This document shows positions 43,911 to 53,957 of a stretch of 64,000 nt of DNA, piece by piece. The notes under the pieces are model-generated. The model had not been told where the DNA came from. It saw nothing but the letters and a program-made list of their open reading frames with translations, and searched no databases. Each line of letters begins with the position of its first letter. Position 1 is the first letter of the stretch. Source of the DNA: an uncultured Nitrospiraceae bacterium. GTDB lineage: Bacteria; Nitrospirota; Thermodesulfovibrionia; Thermodesulfovibrionales; Dissulfurispiraceae. The translations under genes and the position numbers were made by a program. Location of the stretch: the NCBI GenBank assembly GCA_963705105.1, contig CAVPIW010000014.1:96001-160000 (forward strand). The letters are read 5' to 3'.

Positions 43911-44915
43911 TCAGGCCCGTGGCTTTTGCTTCTCCCTGATCTCATGGATGGCGTCGACGTGTCCCATGACGACAAGGGTGGCGTCCTCCGTCAGCACCGT
44001 CTTCTTAGGAGGGTTGAAGGTGTAGGAACCGTCGCGGTTGTTTTTCATTGCCACAAGGGTAACACCCTCGATATCGGCGATTCCCGCCTCAGCGATGCTC
44101 CTGTCGACCAGAGGCGACCCCGGCGGCACGTCGATGTCCTCCACCCGTATGGTCCTGTCCTTCGCCCTGAGCATGACATCGAGAAACGTGACGACCGAGG
44201 GCCTCACCATTTCCGAGACCATCCTCATGCCGCCGATGAAGTCGGGCAGGACAACGCTGTCCGCCCCGGCCATCCGGATCTTCTCCTCCGACTCCTCCTC
44301 GATTGCCTTGGAAATGACCCGCACAGAAGGAGCCAGCCTCTTGGCGGTAATGACGACGAAGAGGTTCTCAGCGTCCGTTTCGAGGGACGAGATGAGCCCT
44401 CTGGCGCGTTCGATTCCTGCCTGGAGCAGGACCGCATCGCGCGTCGCCCGGCCCTCCACGCAAAGTATACCGCGACCCATGAGGTCCCTGATCCTGTCCG
44501 GGCTGTTTTCGATGACCACGAAGTCCCTCCTGATCTTCACCAGTTCCTCGATGACGGACATGCCTGTCCGGTCGGCCCCGCAGACGATGTAGTGTCCCGA
44601 GAGACCGCTTATCCTGCTGTTCATTCTCTTCCTCCTCAAAACATCCGTCAGCTCGCCCTCCACGATGAACGCGGTGACGACGGAAATGCCATAGATGAGC
44701 ACCGCCGACCCGGCCAGGATGAGGACGATCGTGAATACCCGCGCCTGGTCTGACAGCGGGCGCACCTCCATATATCCCACGGATGCGATGGTAATGATCG
44801 TCATATACAGGGCGTCGACAATGGTCCATTCGTCAAGGGACCAGTAGCCGATCGAGCCCGCGAGGATGACCACGGTCAGGGCGATCAGTATGCCGACGAC
44901 TCGTCTGTAGAGCAT
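43911..44915 (-). CDS. Potassium channel protein (2TM pore + TrkA-N/C)
   Basis: ALYMTIITIASVGY pore (non-canonical SVGYM filter); HYIVCG RCK domain. Confidence 0.88.
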   Translation of the reverse strand: MLYRRVVGILIALTVVILAGSIGYWSLDEWTIVDALYMTIITIASVGYMEVRPLSDQARVFTIVLILAGSAVLIYGISVVTAFIVEGELTDVLRRKRMNSRISGLSGHYIVCGADRTGMSVIEELVKIRRDFVVIENSPDRIRDLMGRGILCVEGRATRDAVLLQAGIERARGLISSLETDAENLFVVITAKRLAPSVRVISKAIEEESEEKIRMAGADSVVLPDFIGGMRMVSEMVRPSVVTFLDVMLRAKDRTIRVEDIDVPPGSPLVDRSIAEAGIADIEGVTLVAMKNNRDGSYTFNPPKKTVLTEDATLVVMGHVDAIHEIREKQKPRA

Positions 44916-45018
44916 GTGAGCAGGCTCTCCTTCCTCTTCGTATAGGCTTCCATCATACCTTATCGGGGCGGTTGTCCACAATAATAGCGCCTCTGTCAGA
45001 ATATCCGTGGACCACCCC

Positions 45019-45135
45019 TGTCCGAAATATCTTGCAGCGAGACCTTGAAAGCGAGGATTGGGTGTGCACGTGAGAAGAGGGAGTTTATTTTGCGAAGAAA
45101 GCATGCCCAACCCTCGTGTCATGTTATTTTGGACA
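45019..45135. repeat. Palindromic element E with no MITE insert
   Basis: TGTCCGAAATA..CGAGGATTGGG / CCCAACCCTCG..TATTTTGGACA. Confidence 0.75.
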
Positions 45136-45279
45136 CCAATGTCCATGGGCCCATCCTCCTGTCGGTTGCACACTTCGGTCAGGGCGAAGCGTCTCAAAGA
45201 AATGCCTCAATGACCTGATGACGTCCATTGAGGCATCTTCGCTCCGTCTTTCCGAAGGCGATGCGTGGAGATGTTCTGT

Positions 45280-45313
45280 ATGTCATAATGACATAGAAAT
45301 GTCATTATGACAT
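45280..45313. promoter_or_regulatory. Tandem palindromic operator
   Basis: ATGTCATAATGACAT (45280-45294) and ATGTCATTATGACAT (45299-45313). Confidence 0.6.
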
Positions 45314-45429
45314 ACCATTTTGACATTCCCCCCTTGTCCCTTCCATTCGTGAAGCTTGCAACCATATGTATTTTAATGATTTCTGGGGATACCGCCAACG
45401 GGCATGGATCTTGTTAGGTTTTATTATCC

Positions 45430-45813
45430 GTGACAACGAAAACAATACTCATCGCCGAAGATGACCGCCTGAGCCGCGACCTGCTGAAGGAAGCTTTCCG
45501 CGCTTTTGCAGGGCATTGCGCGGTCCGCGTTGCCGGAGACGGCAGCGAGGCTCTCGATATCTTCGGGGCTGCGCGCATCGATGTTCTCCTCACGGACCTC
45601 ATCATGCCCGTCATGGATGGCTTCGAGCTGATCGCAATGGTCAGGGCGAGAGACCGGAGCATCCCGATTTATGTCATGACGAGTTGCTGTATCGACCTGG
45701 CACAGGAACGGCTGAAAGGGCAGGATATCTCCGGCTATTTCCCGAAACCGTACGACGTTCTTGAGATGATCTCCCTGATCACCGGATCCCCCCTTGCCGA
45801 AAGATTGTTTTGA
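45430..45813 (+). CDS. Stand-alone response regulator receiver
   Basis: ILIAEDD, LLTDLIMPVMDG, KPY. Confidence 0.85.
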   Translation: MTTKTILIAEDDRLSRDLLKEAFRAFAGHCAVRVAGDGSEALDIFGAARIDVLLTDLIMPVMDGFELIAMVRARDRSIPIYVMTSCCIDLAQERLKGQDISGYFPKPYDVLEMISLITGSPLAERLF

Positions 45814-45942
45814 TCACTATGGAAGGAAAACCGAAGGGGCAACAGCGCCATGAAACAGGCTCCGGCCTCGCGGCGGCAGTCTTCGGTATGCGACGAAATG
45901 GCAATGATTAAGAAGGCAAATAAACAAAAAAGCGGTAAGACA

Positions 45943-46221
45943 ATGACCGACGAGAAGACGCCCGAGCAACTCTGGCGGGAGGTCATGGCGCAACAGCAGA
46001 CTGTCATCGTTCGGCGGATCGTCACGGCCGTCGAGAGCTGCCTCATCGACCTTAATACGGTCCCATCGGAGACGGAAAGAGAGAAGATCTGGCGCATCTG
46101 CAGCAAGCTGGTCGGGTATGACCCGATCAGCAGGGGAGTCAGGACCTCGGCCCTGGACATCTGGAACCGCGTCTATCATGGCGAGTACGGCCCCGCGCCG
46201 GACGACAGAGACCGGCGATAA
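45943..46221 (+). CDS. Hypothetical protein
   Basis: ORF with plausible composition; no motif recognised. Confidence 0.45.
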   Translation: MTDEKTPEQLWREVMAQQQTVIVRRIVTAVESCLIDLNTVPSETEREKIWRICSKLVGYDPISRGVRTSALDIWNRVYHGEYGPAPDDRDRR

Positions 46222-46257
46222 GGCGGCGGTGGGCTGCCAGGCAGTCGCCCCAATCCC

Positions 46258-47112
46258 TTAGAGCTTTTCGGTCTTAAAGGTATTGCACTGGGCGATGTTG
46301 CCCGTCTCTATCCCCCGCCTGAACCATTGGACGCGCTGTGCCGATGTGCCGTGAGTGAAGGAATCGGGAGAGACATAACCGCGGGACTGCTTCTGGAGAC
46401 GGTCATCTCCGATGCTGCTCGCCGCATTGAGGGCCTCCTCGATATCTCCCTGCTCAATGATGTTTCGCGCTTTATGGGCATGGTTTGCCCATACGCCTGC
46501 GAGACAGTCTGCCTGCAGTTCAAGCATCACGGACAGCCTGTTCGCATTTGCCTGGGATGTCCTGCTTTTCATGGCATTGACCTTTTCCGTCACGCCGAGC
46601 AGCGTCTGGACGTGATGACCGACCTCATGGGCGATCACATAGGCCTGGGCGAAATCGCCGGGCGCCCTGAAACGGTTCTTCAGGTCACTGTAAAAACGGA
46701 GATCAATGTACACCTTCTGATCACCGGGGCAGTAGAAGGGTCCGACGGCGCTCTCGGCAAACCCGCATGCCGACTGGACGGCGCCGCTGAACAGAACGAG
46801 CTTCGGCTCCCTGTATGTCTTCCCCATTTGTTTGAAGATACCCTGCCAGGCGTCCTCGGTGTCGGCGAGGACCACAGAGACGAACTCGGCTAAACGATCT
46901 TCCTCGGGGGATGTTCTTCGCTGGGCCTGGTCAGGTGCAACCTGCGTGGGAGGGCCGCCCGATCTCAACAGTATCGAGGGGTCGACTCCGAAGAACAGTG
47001 CGATCAGCACGATAATGACGGTGCCGATGCCACCGCCAAGCATGCCCCGGGAGACACCCATCCCCCGGCGGTCTTCAACGTTGTCACTCCTTCTGCCGTC
47101 TTCCCAGCGCAT
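46258..47112 (-). CDS. Neutral zinc metallopeptidase (YpfJ-like)
   Basis: RRSDNVEDRRG, GPFYCPGD, AHEVGHHVQ, ELQADC, SFTHGTS. Confidence 0.92.
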   Translation of the reverse strand: MRWEDGRRSDNVEDRRGMGVSRGMLGGGIGTVIIVLIALFFGVDPSILLRSGGPPTQVAPDQAQRRTSPEEDRLAEFVSVVLADTEDAWQGIFKQMGKTYREPKLVLFSGAVQSACGFAESAVGPFYCPGDQKVYIDLRFYSDLKNRFRAPGDFAQAYVIAHEVGHHVQTLLGVTEKVNAMKSRTSQANANRLSVMLELQADCLAGVWANHAHKARNIIEQGDIEEALNAASSIGDDRLQKQSRGYVSPDSFTHGTSAQRVQWFRRGIETGNIAQCNTFKTEKL

Positions 47113-47166
47113 CATCCACCTCCTGAGGAATTCCACTATTCTTATTCTTCTATATCTTACCACCCC

Positions 47167-47698
47167 TGTCCAAAATATTTTGCAGCCGGACTTTGAAAAC
47201 GAGGATAGGGTGTGGTTTCTGAAGCAAAATTCACGGTTGCCTTGTACGAAAAGACGGTGCAAAACGCTCCGAAAAACAGTGTCAGTGTCAGTGTGAGTGT
47301 CCGTAAAAGGTTAATTTTGTTTGATCGTTGGTCTGCAATGGTCTGTACGGGAAGGCAGAGGTTTCGCAGCACCGATGCTTTTCGGCGCATTCGCCCGGTC
47401 TTTCCTGAGATCTCATTGCAGTGATAAGGGTTTACCTTATCGTTGCAATGCGCGCCCGGGAAAGGCGGGGCGTATGCGCCGAAAACCTTGCTGCGGCGAC
47501 ACCTGTATCAAAACGAAAGATGAATTATACGCTAATGGTCGATGACACAAAGAGTGAAATCCTGAAACACGAAGATGACGAGGCGTATCGTCGCCTTCAG
47601 CAAGGCTTTGAGGCGTTTCGCCCCGCCTTTCAATGAAACTATAGGGTTTATTTTGCGAAGAAAACATGCCCTATCCTCGTATTGCGTTATTTTGGACA
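47167..47698. mobile_element. Element E carrying two MITEs: 47234-47429 (L2-R2) and 47435-47646 (L1-R1, TSD TTTA)
   Basis: TTTA at 47431-47434 and 47647-47650; single TTTA at the equivalent site of the 27660 copy. Confidence 0.9.
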
Positions 47699-47764
47699 CC
47701 TGGATCTTACATCACTCCCGTCCGCTATAACTTGCAGGCAATCCTTTCGAACGATGTCGCACGT

Positions 47765-49864
47765 CTACTCCGCCAGTATCCATATCGGGTTCGTCATGCA
47801 CCGGAAGAGCGCCTCGCCCGTTTTCGGGTCAATACGCGAAGAACCCTCCATGCGAAGGTACGACGGACCGGACGGCCATTTCGTGAATGCAAATGTCGTT
47901 GATCCGTTGAATGCGCCGGCCTGCCTGCAAAGCACCGGGAGACCTACGACGCCGGATAGGTCCTCTTCTCCCTCAGCCGTTCCCCGAAGGAGTCGCATCT
48001 CCCCGATGCGGCCGAACTCCGCCGTGCTGCACCATTCGATGAGCAGCTCTAACCTTTCCCCTGCTTTCAGACTGAGGGTGTCTCCAAACCTGCAAACCCC
48101 GTCCTGTCCCTTTTTCCTGATCGAGAAGAGAACGACAGGCCCGTCGGTCAGCAGAGTTCGGCCTGTTTTCAAGGCATCGAGCAGCATCGGCTCCTTAAGG
48201 CCCTCGCGGTTCTTTCCTGGCAGGTGTGCAAGGGTACGCACCTTGCCGAAGGCGTTGTCGTAAAGGTAATGGATCAGGAAAGCCGGGTGGGGACGAAAAG
48301 AGCAGTTGAAGTCCATGTGCGCATCCGAACCGGCGAGGATGAAGTACTTTGTCAGTTCCCTCGTCCTTTCATAGTCCCGCAACGGCGGAAGCAGCAATCT
48401 TTCGACCCAGTGATTGAGCACACCCTCTTCGAGTTCCCCCGCCCAGGGAGACCGTCTCTTACATTTCTTCATTATATCAAATGGATCGAGATATTCTCTG
48501 TCAATGGATGATTCGGTTTTGCACCCAAAGAGGACCTTTTCATTGAACACCTGAAGACCCCGGAAGACTTCCTTATACCGGGGCTTGGAAGCAACGGCGT
48601 AATCCTCATCCTTCCAGACATACCCCTCCGAGGAGGGGTGCGCGGCGTAGACAAAGCCCCCCCTCTCACGGCAACCTTCGAGGAGATGTTCGAGCACCTC
48701 TTCCAGGGGAAAGGTCCCGAATCCGGCGGGGTGAGTGTCCTCGATGAACGGGTTGTTGAAAGACAGGAGATGCAGGCCCAGGAGATATTGCCTGACCGTG
48801 ACCTCCTCGGCGGCAACGAGCAGGACATCAGGGTATCGGTCATTCGTCCCGCTGACGGCCTTTTGGTATGAGAGCCATCTGTTGCCCACATCCTCTTCTT
48901 CAGGCGTCTTCGGGTGACTCAGACAATAGGAATGATCCGTGACGGTCACCCAGGAAAGGCCGGTGGCCCGCGCCACCTCGGCCGTCATGGAGAGGGGCCC
49001 CCCATATTCGTAGGGATTGTCGGTGAAATCGGAGTGGTAGTGCGTATCCCCGTAATACCACTCATCGACGATGGGCAGGTTGCTGTCCGGCACGAGGGTG
49101 TGAAGGACAAAGTGCCTCCGTCTTCCCCAGCCGAGGATGCCCGTTGTGAAATCGATGACAACGGCATACTTTACATACCTCGTCTTGCCATAACCGGGAT
49201 AGTTACCCTGGATAACAGAGAGTTTCGCCCTGTCGATCAGGATCACCCGGTACCAGGGATCGGTCCTGACGGTTTCATGTCTTCTGCCGTCATCGAACCT
49301 CAGGACGGCCGGTCTTCCGTCCTCTTCGACATCCCGTCCGTCACTGTCATAAACCCTGATGATGCCGCCGGCCGGTATCGGTTCGGGCATGATGTCCGGA
49401 TCAGCCCCGTAGGCATGCAGAGAGACAGACGCGAATCTGACCGATTCCGCCTCGACATCCTTGAGATACACGATGACGGGAAGATATTCAGAGTTTTTTT
49501 CCAGCCGGTATGGCGCGTCGACGACGAGGTCCATGGCAGAGGTATTCGGCTGCTTCGTCGCCTTCCTGCGCAGAAACTCGTATTCGAATGAGTCTTCTCT
49601 CAGTTCAATCCGGGGCTCTTTTATAATCGCCTCCCCGCTGTGCGCATCCCGCACGGTGAGGGCATAAACCCCCTTGGGCATCTGATCAAACTCGATGTAG
49701 CACAGGCCGTCCCGCTCCTTCAGCAGACTGCTGTTTTCCGCAAAAAACTGAATGATCCTGTTCGTGCCCTTCCTCCGGAGCTCAATGACCACGGGTTTCC
49801 AGTAGCGACCGATTTCCTTCCTGCTGACCCCGAACAGGAGCCGTATCACGCCGTTCTTTCCCAT
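47765..49864 (-). CDS. Large protein with PHP-like (CehA/McbA-type) metallohydrolase domain
   Basis: YGDTHYHS, VTDH, AAHP, GSDAH, GRTLLTDGP, TNPIW. Confidence 0.7.
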   Translation of the reverse strand: MGKNGVIRLLFGVSRKEIGRYWKPVVIELRRKGTNRIIQFFAENSSLLKERDGLCYIEFDQMPKGVYALTVRDAHSGEAIIKEPRIELREDSFEYEFLRRKATKQPNTSAMDLVVDAPYRLEKNSEYLPVIVYLKDVEAESVRFASVSLHAYGADPDIMPEPIPAGGIIRVYDSDGRDVEEDGRPAVLRFDDGRRHETVRTDPWYRVILIDRAKLSVIQGNYPGYGKTRYVKYAVVIDFTTGILGWGRRRHFVLHTLVPDSNLPIVDEWYYGDTHYHSDFTDNPYEYGGPLSMTAEVARATGLSWVTVTDHSYCLSHPKTPEEEDVGNRWLSYQKAVSGTNDRYPDVLLVAAEEVTVRQYLLGLHLLSFNNPFIEDTHPAGFGTFPLEEVLEHLLEGCRERGGFVYAAHPSSEGYVWKDEDYAVASKPRYKEVFRGLQVFNEKVLFGCKTESSIDREYLDPFDIMKKCKRRSPWAGELEEGVLNHWVERLLLPPLRDYERTRELTKYFILAGSDAHMDFNCSFRPHPAFLIHYLYDNAFGKVRTLAHLPGKNREGLKEPMLLDALKTGRTLLTDGPVVLFSIRKKGQDGVCRFGDTLSLKAGERLELLIEWCSTAEFGRIGEMRLLRGTAEGEEDLSGVVGLPVLCRQAGAFNGSTTFAFTKWPSGPSYLRMEGSSRIDPKTGEALFRCMTNPIWILAE

Positions 49865-50072
49865 AGTGTTCCTCCGCTCACCTGATGACTGATGGAAAGA
49901 AGATTTGCCCGTCATCCCTATAGCCTTGCTCAGGCCGGGCTTCAGTGTCCTACTCAAAATATAGGGGAAAACAGGGAAGATGTCCACATGTTTCGTCATG
50001 AAGAACCACCACTGACGTTCGCCGCAAGCTTTCCATCAGGACAATCGTTTTTATCGCTTCGGGCGGATTTTA

Positions 50073-50261
50073 CCGTATCGTTGCATAGGCCCGACAGAAA
50101 GGCGGGGTGTAGGCGTCGAAAACCTTGATGCGGCGACACCATAAACGTCACAGAAGATAAGGTTTCAAGCTGATGTCTGAAAAAGTGATCCCTTTACTGA
50201 CACTCACACTGTCACTGACACTGTCTTTCAGAGGCGCTTCGCCCCGCATCTTCACGCAAGG
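50073..50261 (+). mobile_element. MITE copy (L1-R2); TSD TTTA
   Basis: CCGTATCGTTGCA start; shortened right end; flanked by TTTA. Confidence 0.85.
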
Positions 50262-50262
50262 T

Positions 50263-50774
50263 TTATGCTGACGGTGAGGGGCGGCGCCGGAAATGAACAA
50301 CGAACACCATCAGCAGGACAGTCACCGCCAAAAGAAACAGGATCAATCCTGCGACGAACAAGGGGGGGAAAAGCGCGGGGGCTGCAACTGATTAGCCCGA
50401 ACAACCAGCCAATGGACAAAGCAAAGAAAGGCTGTCAGCAGCGCCGAGAGATACATGCCGTGACCGTGGATGAAGGCAAATGTTTCGTCTCTTCGCTCGG
50501 GAGCGAGCCAGTATTCACGGTTCGGCAGACTGAAATATCGCGGCGGGACGAAGCGCACAGAACTGAGACCAAGCGCCAGAAGAAGCGGCACGGCCACCGT
50601 GATGAACAACATGAGTCCAAGATAGGCGGTCCGCGGCATGAAACCGTCAGGCCTTCCGGAGGCGGCGAAGTGGGATGCCACGACGGGCGGAAGCGACCGG
50701 CCGGACAGCAGTATGAAGACAGCCGCGATCGCCAGCAGCACAACAAGAGCAGGGAATGAGGATGAACGATTCAT
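50263..50774 (-). CDS. DUF1648-like membrane protein; probable 1-nt loss in G7 at 50362-50368
   Basis: LPPVVASHF...G.PDGF and PNREYW; last TM helix lies in the shifted frame. Confidence 0.75.
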
Positions 50775-50825
50775 AAAACCTCTATCGCCTTCTCGAAGCC
50801 GCTCAGGGTTCGGAGCATATGAACG

Positions 50826-51914
50826 TCAGGCCTTCCTGCTCAGAACGGCAAAATAGCCGTAACACGGATCCGGTATGATACATTCATAGATCGACCTTTT
50901 CTCTTCGACAAACTCATCAACTGCAGTCTTTGCGCCGGTGGAGAAGAAGTCATAATCATCGACGATTATTACGGCTCCTCTTTGGGTTACACGATGGAGA
51001 AAGTCCAGAGCGACCTTTATCGGTTCGTAGAAATCGAAATCCACATAGGCGAAGCATACCTCCCCGGGCATGTCCTTATCCTCATGAATCAGCTGTTCAA
51101 TGAACCCTTTATGAATGACGTACCTCGACGTGGGAAAAGATACGGCATTCAAGCGGCCCCGGACCATATCCTCGGGAAAGGACATTGTTCCGGCATAGGC
51201 TTCAATGCTCCCCAAGCAAAACATATCGTCTTTTAACTGGTCCTTGTCAGAAGGTTTAGGCAGTCCTTCAAAGGAATCAAACAGGTGAAGGCGCTTGCTG
51301 TGGTATGGCGCTATTTCATTGGCTATCAACGCGGAAGTCTCTCCCTGAGCCACACCGAATTCGCAGACATCGCCGGGCGTATCTTTGCATTTGCACAACG
51401 CCTGCACGATAAAGTACGCTTCCGATGGCGGTGTCCCCAGGAGCCGGGCGAGCAATTTGGGCCGAATTTCATTGGGAACTATGAGTTCATCACTACCGTT
51501 GAAACATTGCTCATACTCTGCCGCGAGTTTCACGAAGTCTTCAAAACGCACTTCCGGAGTCGCTGTCCTGCTCATGGAGTGCCTGATCTGGTAGCTGAGA
51601 GCTTCCAGGAGGTACACGGCGTTTTCAAAGCACACGCCCGGCGACGCCGTCCTGTTCGCGGAACGCCTCAGCTCATAGCCGCGCTCTTCAAGCGCCTTCT
51701 TAATCGCATTCTTTACAATTCTTATCGGGGTTTCTTTCCAGGACGTGGGACGTACCCCGAGTCGTCTCAGCTCATAGCTAAAAGCTCCTATGAGGTTCAC
51801 GACGTTTTCAAAGCGCACCGGCACATCCGGCGAAGCCGTCCCGCTCATGGAACGTCTTATCTCATAGCCAAGAGCTTCCAGTGCTCTTATAATTGCATTC
51901 TTCACAATTCTCAT
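50826..51914 (-). CDS. TylF/MycF-family O-methyltransferase with repeated N-terminus
   Basis: GDVCEFGV..G, LFDSFEGLP, YVDFDFYE, IIVDDY. Confidence 0.88.
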   Translation of the reverse strand: MRIVKNAIIRALEALGYEIRRSMSGTASPDVPVRFENVVNLIGAFSYELRRLGVRPTSWKETPIRIVKNAIKKALEERGYELRRSANRTASPGVCFENAVYLLEALSYQIRHSMSRTATPEVRFEDFVKLAAEYEQCFNGSDELIVPNEIRPKLLARLLGTPPSEAYFIVQALCKCKDTPGDVCEFGVAQGETSALIANEIAPYHSKRLHLFDSFEGLPKPSDKDQLKDDMFCLGSIEAYAGTMSFPEDMVRGRLNAVSFPTSRYVIHKGFIEQLIHEDKDMPGEVCFAYVDFDFYEPIKVALDFLHRVTQRGAVIIVDDYDFFSTGAKTAVDEFVEEKRSIYECIIPDPCYGYFAVLSRKA

Positions 51915-52072
51915 CGGGTTTCCTTGAAATCATATTTCTGCTGCCGATGGTCTTTTACAACATCTTAGCCGAAAAAAGGGGGGCCGTCAAGAAAATCATC
52001 CGGAAATTAGAGGGCTTTCGGCATAGAGTCGTGTCCTTCCATCGTCTGCCCTGCTCTATTCGAATGGTAAAT

Positions 52073-52726
52073 TCAGGGCGTGAACCGACCCAGGACCTTG
52101 CCCTGACCGCTTTTTTCCATGCGAAAAATGATGATTTCTCCCGACGAAGGAAACACACCGGTCAGGGCCGTGATATTTACTTGATGAGTCACAAATATTA
52201 CCGCTTCCTGCCGATGAAAGGTCGAGAGAAAAGCGCGCATTTTCCCGGTTTGTTCCGGCTCCCTGGCCGGTTCATGAAAAAAGGAGTTAAGGGCCGGCAG
52301 CTCTTCCACAGGTCCAAGTCCCAGGAGGCGGGCGGTTTCCAGGCAGCGGCACCACTGGCTGGAATAGACCAGAGCCTCCCTGATTCCCCGGGCACGAAAA
52401 AAGTCGCCGATCCGGCGGGACTGGATGCGGCCCTTTTCAGAAAGATTGCGCTGTGTGGAACAGTCTTGCAGCGTGAACCCCGGCGGATCACCCGTGCCCG
52501 GCGCGTTGGCGTGCCGGACAAGAGCCACGGCATCTCCCTTTTGGAGTGCCTGCCAGGTCTTTTCAGGGGATTGTGATGCCGAAGCGCTCACGCCGCCGAT
52601 TAAAAGCAGCACGAGGAAATATCCAGCAAAGAATGTTGCTGAAAGACAAATCGGTGCAGGTCGGGCGGAATACACAGAACGCATTTTTAATCGCACTACA
52701 AAGCTCATGGCATCTATCTTTCCCAT
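52073..52726 (-). CDS. Histidine phosphatase family protein (start uncertain)
   Basis: LVRHA, DCSTQRNLS, SSQWCRCLETA, VTHQVNI. Confidence 0.82.
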   Translation of the reverse strand: MGKIDAMSFVVRLKMRSVYSARPAPICLSATFFAGYFLVLLLIGGVSASASQSPEKTWQALQKGDAVALVRHANAPGTGDPPGFTLQDCSTQRNLSEKGRIQSRRIGDFFRARGIREALVYSSQWCRCLETARLLGLGPVEELPALNSFFHEPAREPEQTGKMRAFLSTFHRQEAVIFVTHQVNITALTGVFPSSGEIIIFRMEKSGQGKVLGRFTP

Positions 52727-53190
52727 TCCCCGATTTTATCAAAAACTATACCCGGCATGCCATGACAGGCCTTCCCGTTAGTACAGAGATACTCGATCTG
52801 TCCGAACCGTTCGCCTATGCCGGAAAAGACAACCATGATCGTGCCGGCCCTGTCATTTGTGTTGACGGCGACAATTACATTCTCAATTTCGTCAACAGGC
52901 GCTCTGTTGGATGGAACACCTTCAATAATCAAATATCCGTCAACGAGATTTATCGGTGTCAGCAGTCCGGAATCCTTCAATAGCCTTTTGAAATTCCGGC
53001 TACCCAATAACTTTGATAAAGACCGGCGGATTTCCGGCAGGGCAAAGAAATTGGTCTCAGGTTTGGTGGTGTAATCAAGAGGATACTTATTCGCCCATTT
53101 CTCCAAATGTTTATATTTGCCCTCGGCAAAGGCGGTGCTGCTGCAGCAAAGCACAAAAAGGAGAGGAAGCATCATGCGCAGACGTTTCAT
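52714..53190 (-). CDS. Exported hypothetical protein
   Basis: Signal peptide MKRLRMMLPLLFVL...AFA; low GC. Confidence 0.55.
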   Translation of the reverse strand: MKRLRMMLPLLFVLCCSSTAFAEGKYKHLEKWANKYPLDYTTKPETNFFALPEIRRSLSKLLGSRNFKRLLKDSGLLTPINLVDGYLIIEGVPSNRAPVDEIENVIVAVNTNDRAGTIMVVFSGIGERFGQIEYLCTNGKACHGMPGIVFDKIGEWER

Positions 53191-53530
53191 ATTCATGTTC
53201 CCACAATTAATTTCCAGCAATGCCCCATCTCCGGGCGGTCGAAAGCTTTATTCATAATCATAAAAGAAATGAGAGGGACCGTCAAGGAAAATGCCCCAAA
53301 ATATGAAGACTTTCGTCACCGGGAAGCTGTTTTATATTCTCTTTTACCGAAATATTGACGAATTGGCGAAAGCATATGAACGCAGGCGGGCTGCGGAGAC
53401 ATGTTGTGCGCGACTCATTTTTTCGACGGTTGACTTCAAAATGCTACGGGGATTCAGTGCGTTATGAGGGCTCCAGGAGAGTTTGGCACTTCGGCCGCGA
53501 CTATGTCGGATCATCGCAGGCAGAACTTGA

Positions 53531-53726
53531 CCTTATCGTTGCAATACACTCCCGGGAAAGGCGGGGCGTATGCGCCGAAAACCTTGCTGCGGCGACTCCG
53601 TAACCCTCACAGAAGACGACCTTTCAAGCCTATGGTCGAAAAAGTGAGCTTTATTACTGACACTCACACTGACACGGACACTGTTTTTCAGAGCGCTTCG
53701 CCCCGCCTTTCAATGCAACGACAACA
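53531..53726 (+). mobile_element. MITE copy (L1-R2); TSD TTGA
   Basis: CCTTATCGTTGCA / TGCAACGACAACA flanked by TTGA. Confidence 0.92.
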
Positions 53727-53730
53727 TTGA

Positions 53731-53746
53731 TGTTCCACGTGGAACA
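53731..53746. promoter_or_regulatory. parS site
   Basis: TGTTCCACGTGGAACA perfect palindrome matching the chromosomal parS consensus. Confidence 0.85.
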
Positions 53747-53957
53747 TCAAAGGACCGCACCCACCAGGCATGTATCGAATCGATTTCTCATCCTTACGTT
53801 CTTTGCGATTTTGCGTGAGACTGAAGGCGCTGCTTTGTGATTCATTCCTAAATGCGCTGCAGAAAAGTTTTTCCTCTGCCCGCCGATAATGTATATAAAC
53901 CTTAACGTTATCGCAGTCAGAACAAAGAGAAGCAACCCTGCTCGGAGGAAGTTTTTC

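Noticed and set aside
44916..45197. Extended N-termini in the ORF track for the K+ channel (also 47113-47262 and 2886-3053)
   Set aside because: The extensions run through repeat or promoter DNA; homology and RBS position point to downstream starts
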